Part shown: positions 25,992 through 35,018 of the stretch, one piece after another
Position numbering within the stretch: position 1 is the first letter of the stretch
How the letters are laid out: every line of letters begins with the position of its first letter
Origin: an uncultured Candidatus Poseidoniales archaeon
GTDB lineage: Archaea; Thermoplasmatota; Poseidoniia; Poseidoniales; Thalassarchaeaceae
Direction of reading: 5' to 3'
Length of the DNA: 37,570 bases
NCBI GenBank assembly: GCA_964342715.1
Contig: CAYFGD010000002.1
Location: forward strand, 1 to 37,570
Notes under the pieces: generated by a model
Seen by the model: the letters and a program-made list of their open reading frames with translations, nothing else
Told to the model about the DNA's origin: nothing
Databases searched by the model: none
Made by a program: the position numbers and the translations under genes

Positions 25992-28900
25992 GGAACTATT
26001 GAGGCCTCTCTCGATGGAACTTCCTCGAGCTGGTCAATCTCCTGGAGAACTGCGCTAAGGGCCATCTGGGCACTCTCCCTATGGGGCTCCCCTAGAACGT
26101 GGCTTGAGTACCTAGCCTCCTCGAAAATCCTGTCTAGGGACAATAGTGCCTGTTCGCTGATTGGGAGTGCGTTTCTTATTGCTAGCTCGAACTCCCGAAC
26201 TGTCTCGAAATCCCTCCTGAGGAAGCCCCTGCTCATCAGAATCTGGCAGAGTCCCTCGTAGCAGTTGAATATGGCCTCCCTGACCTCATCACCTGCTGCC
26301 AATAGCTCTGCTGTGTAGCTAAACACTCCAGCTAGATCATCGATGGCAGCCTGTTTTCTCCTCCTTAGAACCATCACTCCAGCCGCGGCTAGTCCGATTA
26401 TCACGAGAATAGCCAGTGCTGCCGTAGCCGGGCCCACCAATGATGCGCCCTCCTCCGGCTGATACCCTACATCGACTACGGCGAACTGGGATAGGCGCGC
26501 CGCGTCGATTGGGTCGATGATCTCGGAGTCAGAACTGAACTCGACCGAAAGCTCCCCCCAGAAGTCTCTGTCCCAGAGTGGGTGGTTCTCATGGAATGAC
26601 TCGAACTGGTAAGTGAAGATTCCATCTTGATCCGTTACACCAACTACGGTGAAGTGGGTACTAGACTCGTTTACTAGTCTGGCAGTGATTGAAACCCCCT
26701 CTATTGCCTCGATCCTGTCAGTGGCAGTGACATTCACCCTTCCCGACATGGAGCTTTGCCCTATCTCCAAAAACAACGATTCGGGGAGGAACTCGAAGTT
26801 CACTGGAACCTTGATTACCACCTCAAACTCAACCTCCCCCCCATTCAGGAACCTTGAGGAGTCTGGGTCTACAACTATCGACATACTCGCCACGCCGGGT
26901 GGCATTGTAGAAATTGCATTGGACTCGACTAGGAACTGCCCCGTTGTCTCGTCCCACGTGATCTTCGTATTCGGCCTTAGTGAATCCTCCCAGTACAGGG
27001 AGAGGTCCATCTCTTCCATAGTGTTGCCCTCGCCTCCGACTTCGATAATCCTGCCAAGCACCCTAATCGGCCTATTTCCATCACTTCTGACGACCTCATC
27101 CTCCAGGAAAAGAATCTCTATCTGGATGTCCGCCCTAGCGTAAACGGTCGCATTGATGGAATTGGAAAGGTACAGCTGCTCCCCAGCGAAAACCAATGAG
27201 ACATTGTGTGAGCCCCTTGAAATCAAGTAACCCAGTTGGTAACTGATACTGAATGTGCCATCTATGCTGGTGGTTATGGTGGAAACTTCCTCTCCATCCA
27301 GGAGGAAGGACAATGCCCTGCCCTCCAAACCCGGATTGCCTGAAGAGTCGGCATCGAACAGCCTACCGCTTAGGTTCCATGCACCTCCCCTTGTCACTAC
27401 ATTGTTCTCGACCTGGAGGGTCATTCCCGTGTGATAAGCAATCGTCAGGTTTGCCTCTATGGATCCTTCGCGATGATAACCCTGATCCGGGGCTATCACC
27501 GTTAGTGTGTGCTGGCCCACGTCCAAGAACTCGGAAACTATCCAAGAATGCGACCAAGTGCCATCCTCATCAGTTGTTGTCGTGCCTATCAGGATGCCAT
27601 CAATAAAGATCTGGAGGGAGTGGTTTCCTAGCCAACCATCCGGGAGGTTGTCCTTGACGGAACCATCTAGCCTCAGTACGTCTCCAACGGCTACTGGTTC
27701 TGGTTGCTCCACACTTACCTCAACAGGGCCGAAAACTGTGAAAATTGTGCTAGAGTTTGAGGCGATTACGAAATCCTCTCCGCCGAATTCGATTCTAACG
27801 TTCCTTGGTCCAAGGGGCATGTCGGGAGGGACTGGGAAGAATAAGCTAAAGGTCCCATTATCGGAGACGGAAAGTGACGTTAGGAATTGGTCGTTCATGT
27901 AGACGTCGAGATCTCGTCCCGGTAGTACCCGTCCAGCGCCATCAGTCAGCATTCCCTCAATGAGTAGCAGCTCATTCCTGTCAACTTCCCCGGGAGGAGT
28001 TGTGAGGACGACCTGTGATGTCTGGGTGGCATTGAATTCTTGTGTTATGGTTGATGGAAGGTAGTATTCTGGATTCAGAGAGTCACCCTGCCCCATAGGG
28101 TCCACCCATGTGAAACCTCCAAGGAAGTCGACAGTGAAGGTATGGCCCCCATAGTCTGTATCAAGCGGCAAATCGTAGGTGATGCTCCATAAGCCCGTAG
28201 AGGAGTTTGAGAAAGAGGTGTACACAGGACCTACATCGATTCCATCTATGGAGAGGTGGACGACCCCTCCATTTTCTTCGCCGTCATCTATCAGGGGGGC
28301 GCCATGCTCATCCAGCAGAGTTCCGGTGAATGTGACTGACTCTCCTGCGATCGAGGAGCCCGTTATTGAGGTCACTTCAAGAACTGTGGGGGCGAGTATC
28401 ACCACTCTTGTCCATGTCTCATCACCCAGTAGCCCGGTGGTTCCATTGAAGCCCGAGAATGTGGCGGTAATTGTCATCGGCCCTGGGGCCCTATTGGGAT
28501 CGGTCGTGATAACTGTAGTGACAATTCCATCATCGTCAGTAAGGCCGGACCATTCTGGAGAGCCATCTATTGAAACATCGACCTGGGCCCCGGGGACAAA
28601 CTGTCCTGAGTTGTCAATCAACGACATGTTGAGTGTGATATTGTCCCCTCTTACGGTCCTCTCGTCGGGATCCAAATCCGTCGGCGAAATTATGGAGAGC
28701 ATGGAGAAGCCCCTGCTGTCAAAGGTTCCGTCTTCGGAGCTAGCACCGTAGTAGTTGACGGACGGGGTATATGATGCGGTGATATTGTGCGTGCCTCGGG
28801 GGAATGAAAGGTCCAGGAATATTCTTGCCGACCATGAGCCATTGGCGTCCACAGTCCCGCCAGTGACTGAGAACGAATTTGTGTCGCCATCGATGGCGAA

Positions 28901-31900
28901 GTTGAGAGTTGGATTGAGTGCATTTCCTGATCTGTCAACTATCCCACTACCATTACTCGAAGTTAAAGTTCCACTTATGTCAAGGAACTCCCCTGCAGCA
29001 GGATTGGAAGTTATTGGATCAAATGTGATATTGGTTGGCGATCTGACTGTAATCGTGTTGATCACCGTTGAAGATGGATGGAGTGTGTCTGAGCCATTTG
29101 AACCGTTGAACATCAGGACTATCGGAATCAAACCTAGAGGGTGGGAATGGGGGACAGAGAATGTGAAGTTGACGACGCCCTGCCCATTTGTAGGCTGTTC
29201 GGGGCTTAGCCATGTCTCGTGGAACAATGCAGAAATTGACATGTCTGAGAGCTGCCTGTCCCCATCGCTAGATTCAACCAGCTTTGCTCCAAATGTGATG
29301 GAGGTGCCCCTGTCCACTATGGTATTGAGGAGCGGGTTCCTCTCAGTAAACTGGGTGACTCCTCGAACCAAGATAGTCTCATTTCCTGAACCAGTAAGGT
29401 AGAACGGGGTACTGCCGTTTTCCACGCTCACTATGACGGTCTTGAGGCCATTAGTAACGCCATCTCCCAATGGGTCAGTTGGCACCATCAATGAGAACGA
29501 GCCATTCGCCGCGGTGACGTGCCCTGTGACCAAAGTTTCGCTGGGATCGTTCAGGAAAAATACCTCCAGAGTCATCGGGCCTGAAACCGAGCGGTTCTGA
29601 TCGACCCCATCTAGAACCTGTCCCTGTAGTTGGAAGAACTGCCCAGCAGTGACTTCAGGCAGTGGGGCATTGTCGATCCTTATGCTGCTCGCGACCTGCA
29701 CAGTTAGGTTAACCATGCTCTCATTGCCTAGCCACCTGCCTGCATCGGGGGTGTTCAGACTGTCGGTTAGGTCGTCTGGAGCGTGTAGGCGGACAGCGTA
29801 GTATCCAGGTGGAGCGTCGGCTGGGATGGTCGAGGTGAACCTCGCGACGCCGTCCGAACCTGTGACTGTGGTATTGAGGACCTGCTGTAATGGCCCTCCC
29901 CAATCGAAGTACAAGTCGACGGTGGTATTCTGCAGCCTGTCATTGCTCTCTACATCTGTGACTGTGGCATTAGTTACCAATGTCTGACCTGCGATAACAA
30001 TCGACTGCAGTGGCTCTGCCTCAACTACATACTCGGTCTGGACACCTGCCTGCAGAACCACTGCACCAGAAACAAGGTAGTAGGCGCCACCTGCAGGAGG
30101 ATTCTTCTCGAAATCAAGGATGAGCCTGAGATCATAGACGCCTGAGCCGACTCCACTGGGCATCTGGAATGTTATGTTGTACTCTCCAGTAGTGTTGTCT
30201 ATCCACTGCTCCCCTAGTCGATAGGTCACTGGCGGGGCCTCTAGGCCATCAGGGGTAGGTGGCTGATCGGAGGGCACCTCCATATTGACGATGATAGAGG
30301 AGTTGTTTCCCAGAATCGTGCTGTTGAGATTGATGTCTCTAGCGAATCCTGAGATCCAGGAAGATTGCCCTCTTGGAGTCCATTCAGAACCCAAGGTGAA
30401 AGAAACGTCGGCTCTGCCTTGAACCCTGACGGTGTCTAAAACGGTATTGGGCAGAAGCCATGTTGACCCGCTATAATTCAGCTGCCAGGGGTAGTCCCCG
30501 GCCTCTACGTCTATGGTAGGCCTCCATGTGACCATCACACGTGGGAGCTCCGGATCCGACTGGTTCCAAACCAACTCGCCGTTGAAGTCCAGTGTGTAAT
30601 CCCCGACGAAGCTTGCAACGGAGTTGCCGGTATGGTCCGACAATGTGACCTCTACCTCTGAGTCCGACCCCACGGGAGCTGGATTCAGAATATAGCTGAA
30701 ATTTACATAGCTCTTTACTCCATGTTCATCGATAACCACTGACTCATCTTTCGCGAAAAGACCGTCAGCTTCGAACTGATACCGAATCTCTACTAGCCCT
30801 GCGGGTACTGGGACCTCTGATGCCGAGAACGACCAATTGACGGCGAATTGTCCGAGGGCACCCGTCCAGTCCGAGTCATTAAGGTACCACGAGTTGAGAG
30901 TGGTGAAAGGTCCGTTAGCCGCTGATCTTCGCATCTGCAATGTCAATGTTCCATTGAGCGCCTCGGGAATAGTAGATCTGCTCAGGACAGTACCATTGAG
31001 ATATATTGGCTGGTCGATCTCAAGGATAGTGTTGTTCGTCCCATGTCCCTCCAGTGTTACGGTAAGGTTGGGTGCCGGTGTGAGGTTCAGATTGAATCCC
31101 ACTGACTGAGGCCGAACGTGGTAGAGGGGTGAGCTTGCATTGTTGAGATCCTCTTCGTGCCAGCCTAGGAAATTCAAAGTGGCGGCTATCAGGCCCTCCT
31201 GCTCCGATTCGTCTATCGGCACGGAGAATTCGTAATACCCGCCAGCCCCGACACTGGAGATCAGGCTAACCGGGCCATCGGCCACCGTTGTGTAGTTTAG
31301 AACGACCTGTAGGCTATCCAGTTGGGTGATGTCATTGTAAGGCTCACTGGAGAGAGAAATCTCGCCCGTTACCGTAGTGTTAACGCCGATGCCTATCTTT
31401 GGCTCATCCACGGGCTCTGGCTCAGTTATTGACATGGCCACATCGTCAGTGATGTTCAACCTCCACGGGAATGTAATCCCCTGTGAGCCAACATATCCAT
31501 TCTGGTAAGTTCGAAGAACCAAAGCGCCATATCCTGGATTGATGACCTCCTGGGGTTGTCCTGTAATATTGAAAGAGCCGTTCTCGTCGGTAACTGCTGT
31601 TCCCACGAAATGCTCCTCTAGTGCAGCAGATCCTGGGACATTCTCTGTCTGATTTGACTTCACAAGGTACATGTCAATGGTGATATTCGCCACAGAGCTC
31701 TGATTCTCAGTGAATCTCAATGTCCCATCCAAGGAAATATTGCCCGATGAAAGATCCCTGTCAAACCATATTGGCCCCCAAGTCTCTTCGACGACCTCGA
31801 CGGTAGACAGAGCGGGGCACGCCTCGAAGGGCACCCAACCGAGGTCTGCATTACCCAGATTGGAGTTAGTCTGGAGGTGTACCTCTACCCAAGTCGTGAA

Positions 31901-34900
31901 ATCTTTGCCATAGACCTCGAAAGACGTACCGGTCCACTTGCCGCCGGAGAATCCTGTGACCTTGCGAGCGGGGATTCCCGCGGATCTTAGCATCACGGCA
32001 AAAAGTGTACTGAACTGATCACAGTCCCCTTCGAATGAATTGTTCAGAATCCAATAAGACAAGTCATCCTCATCGTCGAGAACCCCGACTTCTGTACCGT
32101 TATGGTTTCTCAGGAAAGTCGTAGTTGAGTTTCCATTAACGATGAAGTCCTGAATTGCAGAAACCCTATCCCAAGCTGAGAAGGCCCCCGACTCGTTGAT
32201 TACTGTCATTGTGATTGAATTGACGAAGCTGGCCGCATTGCCCTTTGCCAGATAAGAGCTCGGAAGATCCGTCGCATAGCTACTATTGGAGAACTCTGTC
32301 GTATTTTCTCTGATTGCCTGAGTGATCATGACTTGCGGAGCGGTAACGAAGAGGGTGTCTATGGTTGCACCATCCACTATTGCATCCCTAGTAAAGTTCG
32401 AGAAATTGAGGCCTGCATTGGCATCTGTCCATCCGGTATAGTTTACTGCGTTGTGGGGTACTATGATTTCCTCGCCAGGGAAGATTAGGGCTCCTGACTC
32501 AAGGGAAATTTCCCAGCCAATAACCTCAGAGCCATCCCAGAACTGTTGATCGGCAACGCCTTGTGTCGTCGAGAAACCGGGGAACATCTGAGTATTCCCT
32601 ACGAGACTAGTGTTTACACCCCATGAAATCCCAGTATAGAAGTCATAGGTATGCCACCTCCAGTAATGGGTAATGTTGGGATCAACGCCTGTAGTGGTAT
32701 TCATCGCCTCGAAGAACATCATATTGGGGTCTATGTCGTCCGCGGGATCCCAAGGATTGCCATCAGCGTTCAGACAATTGATGTCCCAAAACTCGGCTGT
32801 GCACTCATCTCCATCGGGAACGCCCCCGCCATCAGTATCAGGATCCCTCCAATCGGTGCCAGTAGAGTTCTCAATGGTATCAGGAATCCCATCTCCATCA
32901 GTATCAACAGGATTCAAGTCATCATTGGGGTTGTTCTGAGGGTTCGTCCCGTCTAGGTACTCCTGGAAGTCAGTTACCCCCCCATTATCAGTATCAGTGA
33001 CATTCCACAGGGTGAAGTATGTGTCAGTAGTTCCGTTTCCTCCCAAGTCGCCGAAGGCGATCAAGCAAACAGTTGTATTCTCGAAGTAGTTGTTTAGGCC
33101 GTCACCATCTGTGTCCAGGAGGTTGTCGCACGGATTACTTGGGTCGGTTAGGTTGAGTATCTCATCCAAGTCATCGACCCCGTCACCATCTGTGTCGGTC
33201 ATATTCCAATCTGAAAGGAATCCGAAGCTTCCCGTGGATTCCTCCCAATCGGCCAGCCCATCACCATCAGTATCGAAGTAGTCGTCGTCGCATATTGGAT
33301 CGTTGGAGGTTCCTAGGGATTGGTCCCAGCACCAGGAGAAGTTGACGAATGTCACGGACGTGGCGTCAGGTGGCTTGTCCGTATCTATGCCTCTCAATGC
33401 ATCGCCATTGATCGATGTGAATCTAAATCCTGTGAGGCTGCCGTTTGTTGATGAAACGTAGAATCCCATGGGCTCTCCATTCTGCCTCCAATCCTCGGGT
33501 GTTTGATCGAGTGCAGATGTATCATTTAATGTGAGAATCATGTTTGTGGAGTCGAAGTCAACTATTGTCAGGTTCAATGTTTGAAGAGAGGTGCAGGGAT
33601 CGGTTCCGTGAGACGGGTCTAGTTCTGAGCCGTCACTAATGCCCCCTCCATCGGTATCTGCAACATTCCATAGGGTACATGTCATGTTTTCTTCCCAGTT
33701 GGGAATACCGTCGTCATCGAAGTCACCGGAATCCTCGATTCTTGTTGGATCTGTCTCGTTTTCATCCACGATTCCGTTTCCGTTGAGGTCCTCTTCTCCG
33801 TCGTCAAACTGATCATCATCCGTATTGTTGTCCCTCGGGTCGCTTGCCAATGGGGGGTCTCCATACTGACCATTTACCTCAACACCATCAGTAATTCCGT
33901 CGCCATCTGTGTCCGGAGATGTTGGGTCGGTTAGCAGAACCAGCGCTTCGTAAGAGTCATTGAGTCCGTCGCCATCAGTGTCATTATTCTGGGGATCCGT
34001 GGAAGTAATGCCATCAACCTCTGCCGTGAAAATCAGGCACCCCCCGGGTCCGAGTTGCAGTACTGGGTTGCAAGGAGATTCGGTAGCAGTCATGGCTAAT
34101 GGCCCTGGCCGGAAGTACTGTGTTGGCGGGGTAGTAGTTCCATTTCTGGTCCCCCAAGCTGGGTTGATGAACTCCTTCAGGTTCACTAGCCCGTCTCCAT
34201 CAGGATCTCCCGATGCGCCGTCTTGATTGGTGCGTGAAGTGGGGTCTAGCCCATTTGCAACTTCCCATCCATCGGGCATGCCATCACCATCGGTATCCCA
34301 GCCATTTGGATCTTCATCGATGAGGCCGTCGCCGTCATCGTCATCACTTGTGCAGTTTGCATCGCCGTCTCCGTCTCCATCGAAATTGTCAACCATTCCA
34401 TCCTTGTCATCGTCAAATGTGTTGAAGCAAATGTTTCCCCATGGATCCTCATCAGCTCCGTCTGAACCTAGGCCCTGTATGAGTTGCATAGCACTTTCCT
34501 CGTCCCAGTTACTTACCGGTACAGTGCCATTCCACCAGACACCGTTGTCCAACTCATTTGGGGTGTTTGGGTCGTCCCAATTCGTGGGCATTCCAAACAT
34601 TAGCTCATTCAGATTAGATAGAGAATCTCCATCGGGATCGCCCGTTGACCCATTATCCCCTGTTGCGGAGAGGGGGTTTAGCCCGTACTGCCATTCCCAC
34701 CCATCTGGAAGGCCGTCATTGTCCGTGTCCCAATCCTGAGGCTGCGTGTTGATGTAGAACTCGAGGCCGTATGATAGGCCGTCGCCGTCCTGATCGGTTG
34801 ATGCCAATGCTTCCCAAGCGGCGAACTCCAATGCTGAGTACGAAGAAAGTAGCATCAGGGCAGAGAAAATAATGGCTGATCTGCTCTTCGTGAGACCGTC

Positions 34901-34936
34901 CTTGTCCGATCCATTAGATAGACCAAATGAGTCCAT
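25982..34936 (-). CDS. Giant surface protein: signal peptide, TSP3-like Ca-binding repeat array, TgpA-like transglutaminase module, long Ig-like beta-sandwich array, single TM, DUF4129-like cytoplasmic domain
   Basis: One uninterrupted ORF of ~2984 aa from ATG 34936 (the ORF track uses TTG 34945). The N-terminus has a signal-like segment (KSRSAIIFSALMLLSSYSAL). I counted about 18 DxDxDGxxDxxE motifs. The transglutaminase core is YWRWHTYDFYTGISW...GDCDQFSTLFAVMLRSAGIPARKVTGF...TTWVEVHL...GWVPFE. The TM helix is LVGPATAALAILVIIGLAAAGVMVL+RRRKQ (26366-26440). The C-terminal 122 aa resemble DUF4129 (FETVREFELAI...LDRIFEEARYS). Confidence 0.85.
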   Translation of the reverse strand: MDSFGLSNGSDKDGLTKSRSAIIFSALMLLSSYSALEFAAWEALASTDQDGDGLSYGLEFYINTQPQDWDTDNDGLPDGWEWQYGLNPLSATGDNGSTGDPDGDSLSNLNELMFGMPTNWDDPNTPNELDNGVWWNGTVPVSNWDEESAMQLIQGLGSDGADEDPWGNICFNTFDDDKDGMVDNFDGDGDGDANCTSDDDDGDGLIDEDPNGWDTDGDGMPDGWEVANGLDPTSRTNQDGASGDPDGDGLVNLKEFINPAWGTRNGTTTPPTQYFRPGPLAMTATESPCNPVLQLGPGGCLIFTAEVDGITSTDPQNNDTDGDGLNDSYEALVLLTDPTSPDTDGDGITDGVEVNGQYGDPPLASDPRDNNTDDDQFDDGEEDLNGNGIVDENETDPTRIEDSGDFDDDGIPNWEENMTCTLWNVADTDGGGISDGSELDPSHGTDPCTSLQTLNLTIVDFDSTNMILTLNDTSALDQTPEDWRQNGEPMGFYVSSTNGSLTGFRFTSINGDALRGIDTDKPPDATSVTFVNFSWCWDQSLGTSNDPICDDDYFDTDGDGLADWEESTGSFGFLSDWNMTDTDGDGVDDLDEILNLTDPSNPCDNLLDTDGDGLNNYFENTTVCLIAFGDLGGNGTTDTYFTLWNVTDTDNGGVTDFQEYLDGTNPQNNPNDDLNPVDTDGDGIPDTIENSTGTDWRDPDTDGGGVPDGDECTAEFWDINCLNADGNPWDPADDIDPNMMFFEAMNTTTGVDPNITHYWRWHTYDFYTGISWGVNTSLVGNTQMFPGFSTTQGVADQQFWDGSEVIGWEISLESGALIFPGEEIIVPHNAVNYTGWTDANAGLNFSNFTRDAIVDGATIDTLFVTAPQVMITQAIRENTTEFSNSSYATDLPSSYLAKGNAASFVNSITMTVINESGAFSAWDRVSAIQDFIVNGNSTTTFLRNHNGTEVGVLDDEDDLSYWILNNSFEGDCDQFSTLFAVMLRSAGIPARKVTGFSGGKWTGTSFEVYGKDFTTWVEVHLQTNSNLGNADLGWVPFEACPALSTVEVVEETWGPIWFDRDLSSGNISLDGTLRFTENQSSVANITIDMYLVKSNQTENVPGSAALEEHFVGTAVTDENGSFNITGQPQEVINPGYGALVLRTYQNGYVGSQGITFPWRLNITDDVAMSITEPEPVDEPKIGIGVNTTVTGEISLSSEPYNDITQLDSLQVVLNYTTVADGPVSLISSVGAGGYYEFSVPIDESEQEGLIAATLNFLGWHEEDLNNASSPLYHVRPQSVGFNLNLTPAPNLTVTLEGHGTNNTILEIDQPIYLNGTVLSRSTIPEALNGTLTLQMRRSAANGPFTTLNSWYLNDSDWTGALGQFAVNWSFSASEVPVPAGLVEIRYQFEADGLFAKDESVVIDEHGVKSYVNFSYILNPAPVGSDSEVEVTLSDHTGNSVASFVGDYTLDFNGELVWNQSDPELPRVMVTWRPTIDVEAGDYPWQLNYSGSTWLLPNTVLDTVRVQGRADVSFTLGSEWTPRGQSSWISGFARDINLNSTILGNNSSIIVNMEVPSDQPPTPDGLEAPPVTYRLGEQWIDNTTGEYNITFQMPSGVGSGVYDLRLILDFEKNPPAGGAYYLVSGAVVLQAGVQTEYVVEAEPLQSIVIAGQTLVTNATVTDVESNDRLQNTTVDLYFDWGGPLQQVLNTTVTGSDGVARFTSTIPADAPPGYYAVRLHAPDDLTDSLNTPDAGRWLGNESMVNLTVQVASSIRIDNAPLPEVTAGQFFQLQGQVLDGVDQNRSVSGPMTLEVFFLNDPSETLVTGHVTAANGSFSLMVPTDPLGDGVTNGLKTVIVSVENGSTPFYLTGSGNETILVRGVTQFTERNPLLNTIVDRGTSITFGAKLVESSDGDRQLSDMSISALFHETWLSPEQPTNGQGVVNFTFSVPHSHPLGLIPIVLMFNGSNGSDTLHPSSTVINTITVRSPTNITFDPITSNPAAGEFLDISGTLTSSNGSGIVDRSGNALNPTLNFAIDGDTNSFSVTGGTVDANGSWSARIFLDLSFPRGTHNITASYTPSVNYYGASSEDGTFDSRGFSMLSIISPTDLDPDERTVRGDNITLNMSLIDNSGQFVPGAQVDVSIDGSPEWSGLTDDDGIVTTVITTDPNRAPGPMTITATFSGFNGTTGLLGDETWTRVVILAPTVLEVTSITGSSIAGESVTFTGTLLDEHGAPLIDDGEENGGVVHLSIDGIDVGPVYTSFSNSSTGLWSITYDLPLDTDYGGHTFTVDFLGGFTWVDPMGQGDSLNPEYYLPSTITQEFNATQTSQVVLTTPPGEVDRNELLLIEGMLTDGAGRVLPGRDLDVYMNDQFLTSLSVSDNGTFSLFFPVPPDMPLGPRNVRIEFGGEDFVIASNSSTIFTVFGPVEVSVEQPEPVAVGDVLRLDGSVKDNLPDGWLGNHSLQIFIDGILIGTTTTDEDGTWSHSWIVSEFLDVGQHTLTVIAPDQGYHREGSIEANLTIAYHTGMTLQVENNVVTRGGAWNLSGRLFDADSSGNPGLEGRALSFLLDGEEVSTITTSIDGTFSISYQLGYLISRGSHNVSLVFAGEQLYLSNSINATVYARADIQIEILFLEDEVVRSDGNRPIRVLGRIIEVGGEGNTMEEMDLSLYWEDSLRPNTKITWDETTGQFLVESNAISTMPPGVASMSIVVDPDSSRFLNGGEVEFEVVIKVPVNFEFLPESLFLEIGQSSMSGRVNVTATDRIEAIEGVSITARLVNESSTHFTVVGVTDQDGIFTYQFESFHENHPLWDRDFWGELSVEFSSDSEIIDPIDAARLSQFAVVDVGYQPEEGASLVGPATAALAILVIIGLAAAGVMVLRRRKQAAIDDLAGVFSYTAELLAAGDEVREAIFNCYEGLCQILMSRGFLRRDFETVREFELAIRNALPISEQALLSLDRIFEEARYSSHVLGEPHRESAQMALSAVLQEIDQLEEVPSREASIVPQE
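26456..31783 (-). repeat. Array of about 15-18 divergent ~100-aa Ig-like beta-sandwich modules (protein-level repeats)
   Basis: A recurring pattern is seen: 'G..v.l.G.l.D..G.pl.g..v.v..dg....T.tD.dG.f......p.....G.h.v.a.f.G'. Examples are SIAGESVTFTGTLLDEHGAPL, LLLIEGMLTDGAGRVLPGRDLDVYMND and GDVLRLDGSVKDNLPDGWLGNHSLQIFIDG. Confidence 0.6.
31796..32713 (-). other. TgpA-like transglutaminase module within the giant CDS
   Basis: It has a YWR...YD.Y.G..W element, the Cys motif GDCDQFSTLFAVMLRSAGIPARKVTGF (Cys codon 32021-32023), then TTWVEVHL and GWVPFEA where the family consensus has HAWVEVY and GWVPFDPT. Confidence 0.65.
32804..34795 (-). repeat. Thrombospondin type-3-like (or dockerin-like) Ca-binding repeat array (protein-level repeats)
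   Basis: Examples are DQDGDGLSYGLE, DTDNDGLPDGWE, DPDGDSLSNLNE, DTDGDGMPDGWE, DTDGDGLNDSYE, DTDGDGITDGVE, DTDGGGISDGSE, DTDGDGLADWEE, DTDGDGVDDLDE, DTDGDGLNNYFE, DTDNGGVTDFQE, DTDGDGIPDTIE and DTDGGGVPDGDE. At DNA level they recur as ccgtcaccatctgtgtc-like strings (e.g. 33100-33116 and 33180-33196). Confidence 0.8.
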
Positions 34937-35018
34937 GCTACGCAACCTCTTGTCCTAGGGCGGAAAGTAGGGCACTTAAGAGGAATGGAGCGTCGTTCGG
35001 ACAATGACTCGCTAGTAA

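Noticed and set aside
26649-34739. Numerous 60-215-aa plus-strand ORFs (e.g. 28755-29402, 34227-34739) inside the 9-kb gene
   Set aside because: They are S/P-rich shadows of the Asp/Gly/Thr-rich minus-strand frame. The minus frame is uninterrupted for ~2980 codons and has clear domain motifs.
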